From: a virus
Taxonomy: Duplodnaviria; Caudoviricetes
Direction: 5' to 3' (one strand)
Length of the DNA stretch: 64,000 bases
Virus record (IMG/VR): IMGVR_UViG_3300021185_003947
In this document: positions 19,229 to 27,604 of the stretch, one piece after another
How the letters are laid out: each line of letters opens with the position of its first letter
How positions within the stretch are numbered: position 1 is the stretch's first letter
The notes under the pieces: generated by a model
Told to the model about the DNA's origin: nothing
Seen by the model: the letters and a program-made list of their open reading frames with translations, nothing else
Databases searched by the model: none
Translations under genes and position numbers: made by a program

Positions 19229-19604
19229 TTTCTAAATGATACTTGTTAATAAGTTTTCTTAAGAATTTATTAGTATCGTCTGCTTCATCTCTTTGCCGTT
19301 CAATACGACTTATAGATTTCCACATATGATCTTGTATTTCTTTTTCTTTTTCTAAAGCGTTTTCAAGTTCAATAATATATTCAGCTGCTTTCCAAGCATA
19401 ATGTTCAGTGCATCTAGCCTTCCATTCTTCACCTGCTTGGTTTTTAAGTGATTGAACAACTTCAGATTGCTGTGGACGAGGATTAATATCTAAATAAACC
19501 TTGTCCACAACATCATGCTCATTTTCCTCCTTTTCAAAACCGTGAGTTTGAACTTCCATTAACCCCACCGATCTTTTCGTGTTTGACCACGATCTAAAAA
19601 CCAC
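19191..19604 (-). CDS. Hypothetical coiled-coil protein
   Basis: ORF track; real start probably MEVQ. Confidence 0.55.
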   Translation of the reverse strand: MVFRSWSNTKRSVGLMEVQTHGFEKEENEHDVVDKVYLDINPRPQQSEVVQSLKNQAGEEWKARCTEHYAWKAAEYIIELENALEKEKEIQDHMWKSISRIERQRDEADDTNKFLRKLINKYHLENDAFTGKGNIND

Positions 19605-19753
19605 CGATCATTATTTAAATTTTCACACATTTCAATAGCAGCTTCTTCACTACGACAAATAGTAACTAAAGTTTTACCAGTTACAATTTGCCATAACTCT
19701 TGGCCAAGTCTTGCTGGATCTTTATGAACCTTCCATTTAAAATCATTAGTCAT
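19559..19753 (-). CDS. Hypothetical protein
   Basis: ORF with GGAG RBS. Confidence 0.6.
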   Translation of the reverse strand: MTNDFKWKVHKDPARLGQELWQIVTGKTLVTICRSEEAAIEMCENLNNDRWFLDRGQTRKDRWG

Positions 19754-19764
19754 AGTAGTCTCCT

Positions 19765-20316
19765 TTAAAATGCCAACTGAATATCAGCTGGACCATTATA
19801 GTATTCGTCATCGTGCATACCCATAGCTTCAAGCAATTCATCAGTTTCTTGCTTAAATATTTTATAGAACTTTGGATCGTGTTTTTTGATACTTTTGCGA
19901 TTGTGCTCAATATCAAACTTCTTGATTAGTTTTACCCAACCCGGTGCTTTTGCTAAGCGGTCTCGATCAAGTTCTTTTCGAAGTGCGCGATTGCCAACAA
20001 ACAATTCGGTATTAGTTAAAAACCATACACCTTTTGCAACTTCATCTGAAAACCGCTCTCTGATGTCCACATGATCAAATGGTGTATCTTCAACAACATC
20101 ATGAAGAAGTGCCACAGCCATGGCCACAGTAACATTAACTGGGCTTGGACCATGAGGATCAGTGTAGTGTGGATTTTCATCAAGATGCTCTTCAATCATA
20201 TCCGAAACTGCAAGACAGTGTGAAAAATATGCTTCACCTGTGTACTTACGGATTTGATTAGCATGTGCACGTTTTGCAAATGAAATCGCTTTATCTAACA
20301 TCACATGATCTTCCAT
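19765..20316 (-). CDS. HD-domain (p)ppGpp hydrolase-like protein (SpoT/Mesh1-type small alarmone hydrolase)
   Basis: AISFAKRAHANQIRKYTGEAYFSHCLAV...ALLHDVVEDT...VKLIKKFD. Confidence 0.8.
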   Translation of the reverse strand: MEDHVMLDKAISFAKRAHANQIRKYTGEAYFSHCLAVSDMIEEHLDENPHYTDPHGPSPVNVTVAMAVALLHDVVEDTPFDHVDIRERFSDEVAKGVWFLTNTELFVGNRALRKELDRDRLAKAPGWVKLIKKFDIEHNRKSIKKHDPKFYKIFKQETDELLEAMGMHDDEYYNGPADIQLAF

Positions 20317-20467
20317 TACATATCCTTACGTATAAACATATCCCAGAACATCCATACTAGAGCGGATGCTTGCATTAGCATAATTCCTATAAGTACACCT
20401 ACAAGGAAACCAAAAGCAAGGCTGAAACCAAAAGCAAGGGTTTCTTCTAACAATTCATACATTACTA

Positions 20468-20659
20468 TTAATCCTCTTCTTCATCTTCTTTTTCGATAAA
20501 CAGTTGATCTGTATTGTTTGCTATAAACAGCCAAACTAATACGCCATAGCACATTAAGTATCCTGCAATCGAGTCCAGTATTATAAGACAAATACCAAGC
20601 CCACCGAAAAATAGAGTGAATGCGATCCATAATGGATTAATCATTAGTAATCTCCCCAA
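20468..20659 (-). CDS. Small membrane protein
   Basis: Two hydrophobic segments, acidic tail. Confidence 0.5.
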   Translation of the reverse strand: MGRLLMINPLWIAFTLFFGGLGICLIILDSIAGYLMCYGVLVWLFIANNTDQLFIEKEDEEED

Positions 20660-20934
20660 TCTGTATCATGACGAGTTGTTTCGTGTAGTGTCTCGCCATA
20701 GTGTGTTTTAGCATATTTAGATGCATCAGTATAATGATTAACATTATCTTGACCACCAGTAAAATCAGTTAGTTTTTTATCTTCAGCTGTACGCTTTTTA
20801 CGAGCAACGATACGAACTTTTGCAGTATTTTTACGAATTGTTGCCAACCGCTCTTTGCGAGCCTTTTCGTTTTTTTGCTTTTCAGCAATTGCTTTAATTA
20901 TTGCCAGCCGATCATCTAGGTTTTTAGCAATCAT
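20644..20934 (-). CDS. Hypothetical basic protein
   Basis: First gene after an early promoter; AAAGGAG RBS. Confidence 0.65.
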   Translation of the reverse strand: MIAKNLDDRLAIIKAIAEKQKNEKARKERLATIRKNTAKVRIVARKKRTAEDKKLTDFTGGQDNVNHYTDASKYAKTHYGETLHETTRHDTDWGDY

Positions 20935-20954
20935 GATATTCTCCTTTGTTAGAT

Positions 20955-21518
20955 TTAATCTATCACACTTTTGAGCGATTGTAAAGGATTATTTTCAATA
21001 TTTTGAAAAGAATTCCAAAGAATTTCTTCTTTTTCAAATGCATCTATTTCCCAAGGGAGATCTTCATAATCAATCCCTTCATATGTTTCACCAAACCAAG
21101 TCTTTTCGATATCACAGAATTTTTCTTCAAGGACTTGTTGAACATGGACAAGTTCATGAAAAATTGTTTTTATTATTTCTTCGACTGATTTCTTACTATT
21201 AATTTCGATAGCAGCAACACCATCTTCTTCATCGCCAATACCGTCAAAATAACCACAATTATCTCCATTTTTACTTTTAAATACAATTTGAAGCTCTTCA
21301 AGGTCTTCAAGAATAAGCATTTCATTTGCATATGAAACTACCGAGTCAAGAACTTCGTTTGAAATTTTTGTGGGTTTATTGTATGTATCGAGAATCATAT
21401 TATTATACCGCCATGAGGTCAAAGGGATCGTCGTATAGTTGTTCCCAGCATTCTTCAAGGGCATCCTCATCATTTGAAGAGAAAGTAACAGTATTGTCAG
21501 GATTGATTGTGTAGTCAA
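20955..21518 (-). CDS. HEXXH zinc metallopeptidase-like protein (start likely MILDTYNK)
   Basis: IFHELVHVQQ...LPWEIDAF. Confidence 0.7.
   Translation of the reverse strand: MTTQSILTILLLSLQMMRMPLKNAGNNYTTIPLTSWRYNNMILDTYNKPTKISNEVLDSVVSYANEMLILEDLEELQIVFKSKNGDNCGYFDGIGDEEDGVAAIEINSKKSVEEIIKTIFHELVHVQQVLEEKFCDIEKTWFGETYEGIDYEDLPWEIDAFEKEEILWNSFQNIENNPLQSLKSVID
20957..20985 (-). promoter_or_regulatory. Early promoter
   Basis: TTTACA-17 bp-TAGATT followed by the ATCTAACAAAGGAGA leader. Confidence 0.8.
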
Positions 21519-21594
21519 TCCCTAATCCATCAGTGAAGATAGGAAGAAGTGAAAATTGAAAGGTTGGGTTAGGTTGAAAAGTGAAAGATTTCAT
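21403..21594 (-). CDS. Hypothetical acidic protein
   Basis: First gene after an early promoter with RBS. Confidence 0.65.
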   Translation of the reverse strand: MKSFTFQPNPTFQFSLLPIFTDGLGIDYTINPDNTVTFSSNDEDALEECWEQLYDDPFDLMAV

Positions 21595-21600
21595 TTAGTT

Positions 21601-21700
21601 TCTCCTTTGTTAGATATAGTCTATACTATTCAAGCACAAATGTAAACAAAAAAATGCACCCGAAGATGCATTTAATTATAGGTGTAACATATTTGTCACA
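21601..21700 (-). promoter_or_regulatory. Terminator-hairpin + early promoter cassette, copy 1
   Basis: AAATGCATC-TTCG-GGTGCATTT-TTTT immediately before GTTTACA-17-TAGACT; near-identical to 22979-23078. Confidence 0.85.
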
Positions 21701-21703
21701 CTA

Positions 21704-21910
21704 TCAATACTCTTTATAACAACCATCTTCTTCATTATCATTAAATCCTTTAGTATAAGCTACAATTTCTTTTGACGTCATATCTTCCATTTTAATACAT
21801 GGACTATTATATGTACCCTCAACAAAATAATGAGGATTGAAGCCTCTTCTATAATAACTATCGGCGCTGCCTCTATCGTATGGCCCACCATGACGTTTAT
21901 CATATGTCAT
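21704..21910 (-). CDS. Hypothetical protein
   Basis: RHGGPYDRGSADSYYRRG; RBS present. Confidence 0.65.
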   Translation of the reverse strand: MTYDKRHGGPYDRGSADSYYRRGFNPHYFVEGTYNSPCIKMEDMTSKEIVAYTKGFNDNEEDGCYKEY

Positions 21911-21949
21911 TATATTTCTCCTATGTTAACATTGCTATAAGAAGACACG

Positions 21950-22159
21950 CTAGGAAGATGCCTTCAAGAATTGGTTGTTCGAACATTTTTGTACCTCAAT
22001 TTGTTTCATTATGTATTCCATGTAGGTTGATCCTACTTTGTTCTTTACTTCTTCGATAATTGACCTATCGTCAATATTGTCAGCCAATCGTTTTGCCACC
22101 AACTTAGAAATAAATTCTAAATCGTGATAATCATATAAGGCTGGCTGACATATTTTCAT
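21950..22159 (-). CDS. Hypothetical protein
   Basis: ORF track. Confidence 0.5.
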   Translation of the reverse strand: MKICQPALYDYHDLEFISKLVAKRLADNIDDRSIIEEVKNKVGSTYMEYIMKQIEVQKCSNNQFLKASS

Positions 22160-22162
22160 ATT

Positions 22163-22801
22163 TTATTCTTCCATTTTTAATTTGCGAGCGGCGGTTAACC
22201 GATCATAGCTTTTCTTCCAGACTTCTGGAGATTTGATATTCGATGACTCAGTAACTTTTAACTTTTTTTCTTTAAAACAGGCTTTAAGATAATCTGCATT
22301 TTCACTACTCATAAACCGAGAAACCAGTTTAAGAAGAGTGATACGAAAGCGTACATCATGGTGCATATTGCCTGCGCTATGTGCCATTTCATGGAGAAGA
22401 ACATATTGATTTAAACCGCTTCTACGATTAAGATCAATATTATGAGCCCATGCACGACCAGCTGTTCTACTGCCAGACATTTCAGCCAAAGCAATATTTC
22501 TTACACCGGCAGTTGATATTTTTTTCCAAGTCTTTGAAGCTAAAACTTTGTCACAATATTTTTGAGCTTCTTTAAGATTTTTAAACTTTTTACCCTGACC
22601 ATAAGTACGCTCATACTTAAACTCAGCACTGTAAACTTTTGATTTATCTGAGTCACGAGAATATTTGCCATTCTTACGACCAGTTTTAATCAAAGTTTCT
22701 TTTTTATTTACATAGTCAAGAAACTTCATAATAGTATCATCATCCCAACCTTTACTTTTGAGATCAATTACAACTGGCCTTTGATAAGAACGATAAATCA
22801 T
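22163..22801 (-). CDS. SprT-like HEXXH metallopeptidase
   Basis: VLLHEMAHSAGNMHHDVRF. Confidence 0.7.
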   Translation of the reverse strand: MIYRSYQRPVVIDLKSKGWDDDTIMKFLDYVNKKETLIKTGRKNGKYSRDSDKSKVYSAEFKYERTYGQGKKFKNLKEAQKYCDKVLASKTWKKISTAGVRNIALAEMSGSRTAGRAWAHNIDLNRRSGLNQYVLLHEMAHSAGNMHHDVRFRITLLKLVSRFMSSENADYLKACFKEKKLKVTESSNIKSPEVWKKSYDRLTAARKLKMEE

Positions 22802-22971
22802 ACTTCATTCCTTTGCATTTCTACAATCATATCCAATTCAATAGTATCAGCCTTATCATCGAAGACTTCTGACAAAGCCATGATGTGGCCAGCTGGAATT
22901 GGATCTTCTGATGATTGTGTATTAGCAATTAGCTGGCGAAGCATTTGTGCGATTTCTCTATATTCTTGCAT
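22798..22971 (-). CDS. Small hypothetical protein (57 aa)
   Basis: Manual translation MQEYREIAQMLRQLIANTQ...; follows the promoter cassette with AAAGGAG RBS. Confidence 0.6.
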   Translation of the reverse strand: MQEYREIAQMLRQLIANTQSSEDPIPAGHIMALSEVFDDKADTIELDMIVEMQRNEV

Positions 22972-22978
22972 AATGTAT

Positions 22979-23078
22979 TCTCCTTTGTTAGATATAATCT
23001 ATACCATTTAGGAGTAAATGTAAACAAAAAAATGCACCCGAAGATGCATTTAATTATAGATGTAACATATTTGTCACA
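22979..23078 (-). promoter_or_regulatory. Terminator-hairpin + early promoter cassette, copy 2
   Basis: About 62 bp nearly identical (1 mismatch) to 21638-21700; GTTTACA-17-TAGATT. Confidence 0.85.
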
Positions 23079-23079
23079 A

Positions 23080-23328
23080 TTAACCTTTATATATTTTTGT
23101 AAGATGTGTTTCAAATGATTCGACTTTGGAAAGTCTATTTGGCCAAAGAATATATTCTTTTTCAGGATTTTTCTTTAAATTATTTAATAGCGGAATAATT
23201 GCATTATACAAATCGTCTAGTCTTGTTTGACTCGATTCAGCATCTGATGCTGAACTTATAGCTTGTTTTGAAACTTCTAATTCGTCTTCGGTAACGGCCG
23301 TAAAGCCAAAATCAAAAATATCACTCAT
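23080..23328 (-). CDS. Hypothetical protein
   Basis: MSDIFDFGFTAVTEDEL...PEKEYILWPNR. Confidence 0.65.
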   Translation of the reverse strand: MSDIFDFGFTAVTEDELEVSKQAISSASDAESSQTRLDDLYNAIIPLLNNLKKNPEKEYILWPNRLSKVESFETHLTKIYKG

Positions 23329-23531
23329 GTGTTTTCCTCTAGTTCTCTGTATCTTCTTGCAATGTACGCATGATAGCTTTCTTGTTTTTCAACTGGCATT
23401 ACTTTCATATCCATCATTTTACCTCTAAATGCTGCGTCTTTGATATTCTGTCTAAATCTTAACATTCTTTCTTCATGATAATAATCAGACATTTGCCGGT
23501 TTAATTCAAGTTGAATTTCTTCTTCAGTCAT
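23325..23531 (-). CDS. Hypothetical protein
   Basis: ATGA overlaps on both sides. Confidence 0.55.
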   Translation of the reverse strand: MTEEEIQLELNRQMSDYYHEERMLRFRQNIKDAAFRGKMMDMKVMPVEKQESYHAYIARRYRELEENT

Positions 23532-23851
23532 ACCATTATGCCTTCTGGTTTTTTCTCTTTGTTTTTATTAATTATTGGAACTCTGTTCATATGATCACCA
23601 CCTTTTTCTACACATCCTATTTCCAATGCTTTCCACGTATTTTCGCCATAAGTATTATTTAACTTTGTTACTAGTGATTGAGATAATCTTACAATATTTT
23701 GGGTTGTCATTTGTACACATTGAGCTTTACTTTGATAATGTGTTCCTTCAAAAATAAATTTTTCGTTCGGCTCTACAAGCAAAAAAAGCGAATAAAGCAT
23801 CCATACACCATTACCCACCGTCTCTGCCACCAGCAATAAAATCAGTGCCAT
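23528..23851 (-). CDS. Hypothetical protein
   Basis: ORF track; start uncertain. Confidence 0.5.
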   Translation of the reverse strand: MALILLLVAETVGNGVWMLYSLFLLVEPNEKFIFEGTHYQSKAQCVQMTTQNIVRLSQSLVTKLNNTYGENTWKALEIGCVEKGGDHMNRVPIINKNKEKKPEGIMV

Positions 23852-24275
23852 TTGTTATAAGACATGTATAACCGCTTTGACTTACAACCATAGTCCATTT
23901 ACCATTATCCATATTTACATAAAAAGACACAGGAGCTGCAAATGGTTGAGCAAACTGTGGAGGACGACCTGCAGGAATCATATGCAATAAACCTGTGGCA
24001 TCAAATAGTTTTTTCTCACCGTATTCTTCTAACAAGTTCATCACATAACCAGTATTATCACAAGGAATTCTCATTGCCTGCATAGTTGGATTTCTTGGAA
24101 GTTCTTCGGTTGGAGCAGCATAGTTTTTATCGGCTAATTGCTTATCTTTTTTATCATCTAATATATTAGGTGCTAAGGGTTCTAGATACAATTCTGGATC
24201 TGCTTTTACTGATATACTCGCTGTACACGATGCAATTACGAATACCGATATTAATACTAATACTTTTTTAATCAT
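23811..24275 (-). CDS. Putative lipoprotein/exported protein
   Basis: Lipobox-like signal VFVIASC. Confidence 0.55.
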   Translation of the reverse strand: MIKKVLVLISVFVIASCTASISVKADPELYLEPLAPNILDDKKDKQLADKNYAAPTEELPRNPTMQAMRIPCDNTGYVMNLLEEYGEKKLFDATGLLHMIPAGRPPQFAQPFAAPVSFYVNMDNGKWTMVVSQSGYTCLITNGTDFIAGGRDGG

Positions 24276-24436
24276 TTGTTAATTCCTTAATTCTTTTTAT
24301 ATAACCATACTTTTCTTTCACTTCTTCTTTTATTTGTTTTCTTAACATTTCTATTTCATTGGCTTGTTGCAAGAGTATTTTTCGGTACCGTTCAGCTTCT
24401 GTATCGTCTGTTAATTGTACCATACTAACTACTCTT

Positions 24437-24712
24437 TTAATGTAAATATTTACTATGAGCAGCCATCAGCATATCTTCGATACTAGCTTTTTCAGTTCGA
24501 ATAAATGGATTTATACTATCTCGACTTTTACTAATTTCATCAATCATAGCATGATAGTCGTCATCTTTTAATATTGATTTATAAATACTTAACGAACAAG
24601 CAGCCAATATGCCAGCGACTAATTCGGGTTCGTTACCCTCATCCATTAATTTACAGCTAATATAATTTATAATCTCTGCCATTCTTTCTATGTCCATATC
24701 ATCTCTTCTCAT
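24437..24712 (-). CDS. Hypothetical protein
   Basis: ORF track. Confidence 0.55.
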   Translation of the reverse strand: MRRDDMDIERMAEIINYISCKLMDEGNEPELVAGILAACSLSIYKSILKDDDYHAMIDEISKSRDSINPFIRTEKASIEDMLMAAHSKYLH

Positions 24713-25104
24713 TATGGTAACCCATCCACATAAATTGTTGACCCGATATATTGGTTTCCTGTTACTACAGTATGACCTCTATATAGTCTGCCATAGCTTT
24801 CAGCTCGCCAAAACACTGTTCTAATTCTTTGACATCTTTGGTTATTCATTGTTGATCCTAAAGCTGCACCGGCAATTGCACCTCTATCATTTCCAGTAAT
24901 AATATGTCCAAGAGCTGCGCCCATAAGTATTGAACTTAAAAGATTAGTAGAATTTTGACATTGATAACCACTATCTTTTACATGTGTTATATGCGCTAAA
25001 CGAGTGGCTGCACTACTAGACGTTGCTAAAATAGCCAGAGCCGAGCATATCAATATTATTTTTTTCATACTTATCTCCATTTTATCTAGATATAATTCTA
25101 ACAC
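24712..25104 (-). CDS. Exported protein with glycine-zipper 2TM motif
   Basis: Signal peptide; MGAALGHIITGNDRGAIAGAALG. Confidence 0.65.
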   Translation of the reverse strand: MLELYLDKMEISMKKIILICSALAILATSSSAATRLAHITHVKDSGYQCQNSTNLLSSILMGAALGHIITGNDRGAIAGAALGSTMNNQRCQRIRTVFWRAESYGRLYRGHTVVTGNQYIGSTIYVDGLP

Positions 25105-25124
25105 ATTTTTAACAAAAAGTAAAC
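25095..25124 (-). promoter_or_regulatory. Early promoter
   Basis: GTTTACT-17-TAGAAT. Confidence 0.65.
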
Positions 25125-25223
25125 AGTTTATTTACATAGCTCATATATCCAATGTGTACAATCATCGCATGGGTCGTCATAGGCCCAGTAAGAAGGAAAA
25201 TGCATTAGTAGTGTCCTAGACCA

Positions 25224-25991
25224 CTACTCTTTCATATTTTTTATATTCTCTATGTAGCAATCCATACTATGATCACTAAAATTATCTATCTTTAATTTCA
25301 TGACACCAGCAGCCATGCCTTTTAGTCTATCCCACAATCTTTTAAAACCAGATATTTTTACTATTTGACCTTCTGAATTCATATAATGTTCTGTTCCATG
25401 ATGTCTATAACCCATCATTACTAAAGGTACACGAGTAACAACGTCGTTATTATTTACGAATCTATGATGGATTACGCCAAGTGAATTACAATATTTTTTA
25501 AAGCCTACACGAGGAGAACCAAACGTATACAATTCAACCGGATCGTTTAAAAATAAATTATGTAGACATCTTGAGGCCATAATAGTTGCCATGCCTGCTC
25601 CGAGTGAATGACCAGTAAACCAAAGAGTCTTGCCATTATTCTGTTTTCTAGTTAAATCTTCGCATATTGCAGGCCACAATTCATCAACTTCTGATTTAAA
25701 TCCTTTATGAACTCTAGATACTGTTTCTGCCATTACCGGAATCGATTTTAAGTCTGCTTTAATGTCATTGAATTCATTTGGTTGAGTTCCTCGACAAGCT
25801 ATAATACAATCATACTTATTCATAAATCTATATGCCTGTGCGCCATTGACATCATAAAATTCAATTGTATTGAATTCAAGTCTACGCGCAGCGCCCGTAG
25901 CTTCTTTAAGGTCAGAGTACGCAATTGCTGATAGTCGAGCAAACAAGAGGCTTCTGGCTTTAAAACTTAATTGATTTATTGGTCGTGCCAT
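25224..25991 (-). CDS. Class 3 lipase (alpha/beta hydrolase)
   Basis: IACRGT...VHKGF...FTGHSLGAG...TFGSPRVG...NDVVTRVP...DH; late promoter TATAAATA at 26025-26032. Confidence 0.88.
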   Translation of the reverse strand: MARPINQLSFKARSLLFARLSAIAYSDLKEATGAARRLEFNTIEFYDVNGAQAYRFMNKYDCIIACRGTQPNEFNDIKADLKSIPVMAETVSRVHKGFKSEVDELWPAICEDLTRKQNNGKTLWFTGHSLGAGMATIMASRCLHNLFLNDPVELYTFGSPRVGFKKYCNSLGVIHHRFVNNNDVVTRVPLVMMGYRHHGTEHYMNSEGQIVKISGFKRLWDRLKGMAAGVMKLKIDNFSDHSMDCYIENIKNMKE

Positions 25992-26035
25992 AATAGTAAT
26001 ACCTTGTATTCTTTTAGATAATACTATTTATATGT

Positions 26036-26227
26036 TTACTCACTTAGAAAGACTGCTTCGCCTTTAATGACTCCACCTTCTTCACGAAGTTCAGCTTTTG
26101 CTTTTTTTTCATCTTCTAACTTTTTAATTTTAGCTGCCTGATCTCTAATAATTTTCTGTTGTGCTTCAATAGTCATAAATTGTTTATCCAATTCTGATGT
26201 TTGAGGAAATTCAATAATTTTACTCAT
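26036..26227 (-). CDS. Small coiled-coil protein
   Basis: ORF with AAGGAG RBS. Confidence 0.55.
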   Translation of the reverse strand: MSKIIEFPQTSELDKQFMTIEAQQKIIRDQAAKIKKLEDEKKAKAELREEGGVIKGEAVFLSE

Positions 26228-26261
26228 TCGTTATCTCCTTATAATATATATTATATATATT

Positions 26262-26371
26262 TGGCTCCAAGGGCAGGATTCGAACCTGCACGAATATAAA
26301 TATTCTTTTGCTAAGACTATATATTCACAACATAAACAGTGCTGCGTGTCTACCTATTCCACCACCTTGGA
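26262..26371 (-). tRNA. Atypical 110-nt tRNA-Asn(GUU)-like RNA with 38-nt variable arm
   Basis: TCCAAGG/CCTTGGA acceptor, G73, encoded CCA, stem CAGCA/TGTTG with loop CT-GTT-TA, T arm GCAGG-TTCGAAT-CCTGC. Confidence 0.85.
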
Positions 26372-26377
26372 TTATTC

Positions 26378-27202
26378 TTACTTTTTAAGAGTATCGATCG
26401 CGCTTATCATGCGTGTCATACCAATTCCACCACCAACTCTTGGAAAGAAATCAAATTCAAGAAACTTTTCAAGTTCTGTTTCAACACGATCTTTACCAAA
26501 TAATTGGTTAATAAGACCAGCATATTCTCCATTTGAAATAGTATGAAATGTATCTCGCATTTGGTCTTTATCAGTACTGCGTTCTGCACTACCAATTGTT
26601 TCCATACCACCAAGGATAACATCAATCTTCTTACTTGTACCATCTTCATTTCTTGACATATTCCAAAATGGACTTGTAAATTCAGGAAATTCTGTAATCA
26701 TAGAACTACCAAAACTAGCTTCCATTGCTAACTCGTGCTGAGCATCTAATTCTGTAGTAGAACTTAGACCGTAATGTTGTTGCCATTCACGATATGTTTT
26801 TTCTGTTGGAATATCAAATCCTAAGTGATTACATAATTGATATTCCATAGTCTTAAGATCATCGATGTCTCCTGGCATTTCAAATTCAAACATCGGAAAA
26901 ATCGTATCATGTCTTCCAGGAATTGCATTTGGTTCTTGTCTATACGAAGTCGAGACACAAAAAAACCCCTTCGAAGAGGGGCGAGTTAATAATTCATATT
27001 CCAACCACATCTGGCCAGTTTGAGGAAGAGGCCATATTTGCCCTTCATAATTATATGTTGCTACATTTTCTGGATCTTCACATGCAGCTAAAATGCTTAA
27101 TCGGTTTTGTGTATGTACTTCTTCAAAGCCTCTATTCAAAAAAAATGACCTTAAAAGGTCAACTGCTTTTGTAAATTTTTTTGGTTCAATCAATTGCGTC
27201 AC
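26378..27202 (-). CDS. Class II (Asp/Asn/Lys-type) aminoacyl-tRNA-synthetase catalytic core without anticodon-binding domain (archaeal-type asparagine synthetase/EpmA-like)
   Basis: Motif 1 FFLNRGFEEVHT, motif 2 SYRQE...RHDTIFPMFEFE, GMETIGSAER, motif 3 GGGIGMTRM; only 274 aa. Confidence 0.85.
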   Translation of the reverse strand: MTQLIEPKKFTKAVDLLRSFFLNRGFEEVHTQNRLSILAACEDPENVATYNYEGQIWPLPQTGQMWLEYELLTRPSSKGFFCVSTSYRQEPNAIPGRHDTIFPMFEFEMPGDIDDLKTMEYQLCNHLGFDIPTEKTYREWQQHYGLSSTTELDAQHELAMEASFGSSMITEFPEFTSPFWNMSRNEDGTSKKIDVILGGMETIGSAERSTDKDQMRDTFHTISNGEYAGLINQLFGKDRVETELEKFLEFDFFPRVGGGIGMTRMISAIDTLKK

Positions 27203-27411
27203 TATCTTATCCTTTTCTTATATTTGCCACATTGGGAATATTTATACAAATAATTTCCATTAATATCATTATTAGCTGAATTATATAAAGCCCAACGAAA
27301 ACAATTCCAAATATTATATGAAGTGTGATAGTACCAAGGGAAAGGAAATTCGTGTCTCCTTTCCCTTAATTGTTTATACCAAGCAATAAATAATTTTATT
27401 CTTCTATTCAA
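27202..27411 (-). CDS. Hypothetical protein
   Basis: ORF track, coupled overlap. Confidence 0.45.
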   Translation of the reverse strand: MNRRIKLFIAWYKQLRERRHEFPFPWYYHTSYNIWNCFRWALYNSANNDINGNYLYKYSQCGKYKKRIR

Positions 27412-27604
27412 AATGCTTACTTAACATTTCAAGACGTTCACTTGCATGACCCATAGTGCTAAGCTCTTTTTGCATAGCCTCTACAATATCGCTATGTTCG
27501 CCAATACCAGCAGGATTATTTAAATAAACCATAAAATTAGTTTTAGCTCTTTCTAGTTCACCTTCGGCATGCATACGACATGCTAGCAACAATTGTTCTT
27601 TCAC
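27404..27604 (-). CDS. Hypothetical protein
   Basis: YLNNPAGIGEHSDIVE motif; coupled overlap. Confidence 0.65.
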   Translation of the reverse strand: MKEQLLLACRMHAEGELERAKTNFMVYLNNPAGIGEHSDIVEAMQKELSTMGHASERLEMLSKHFE

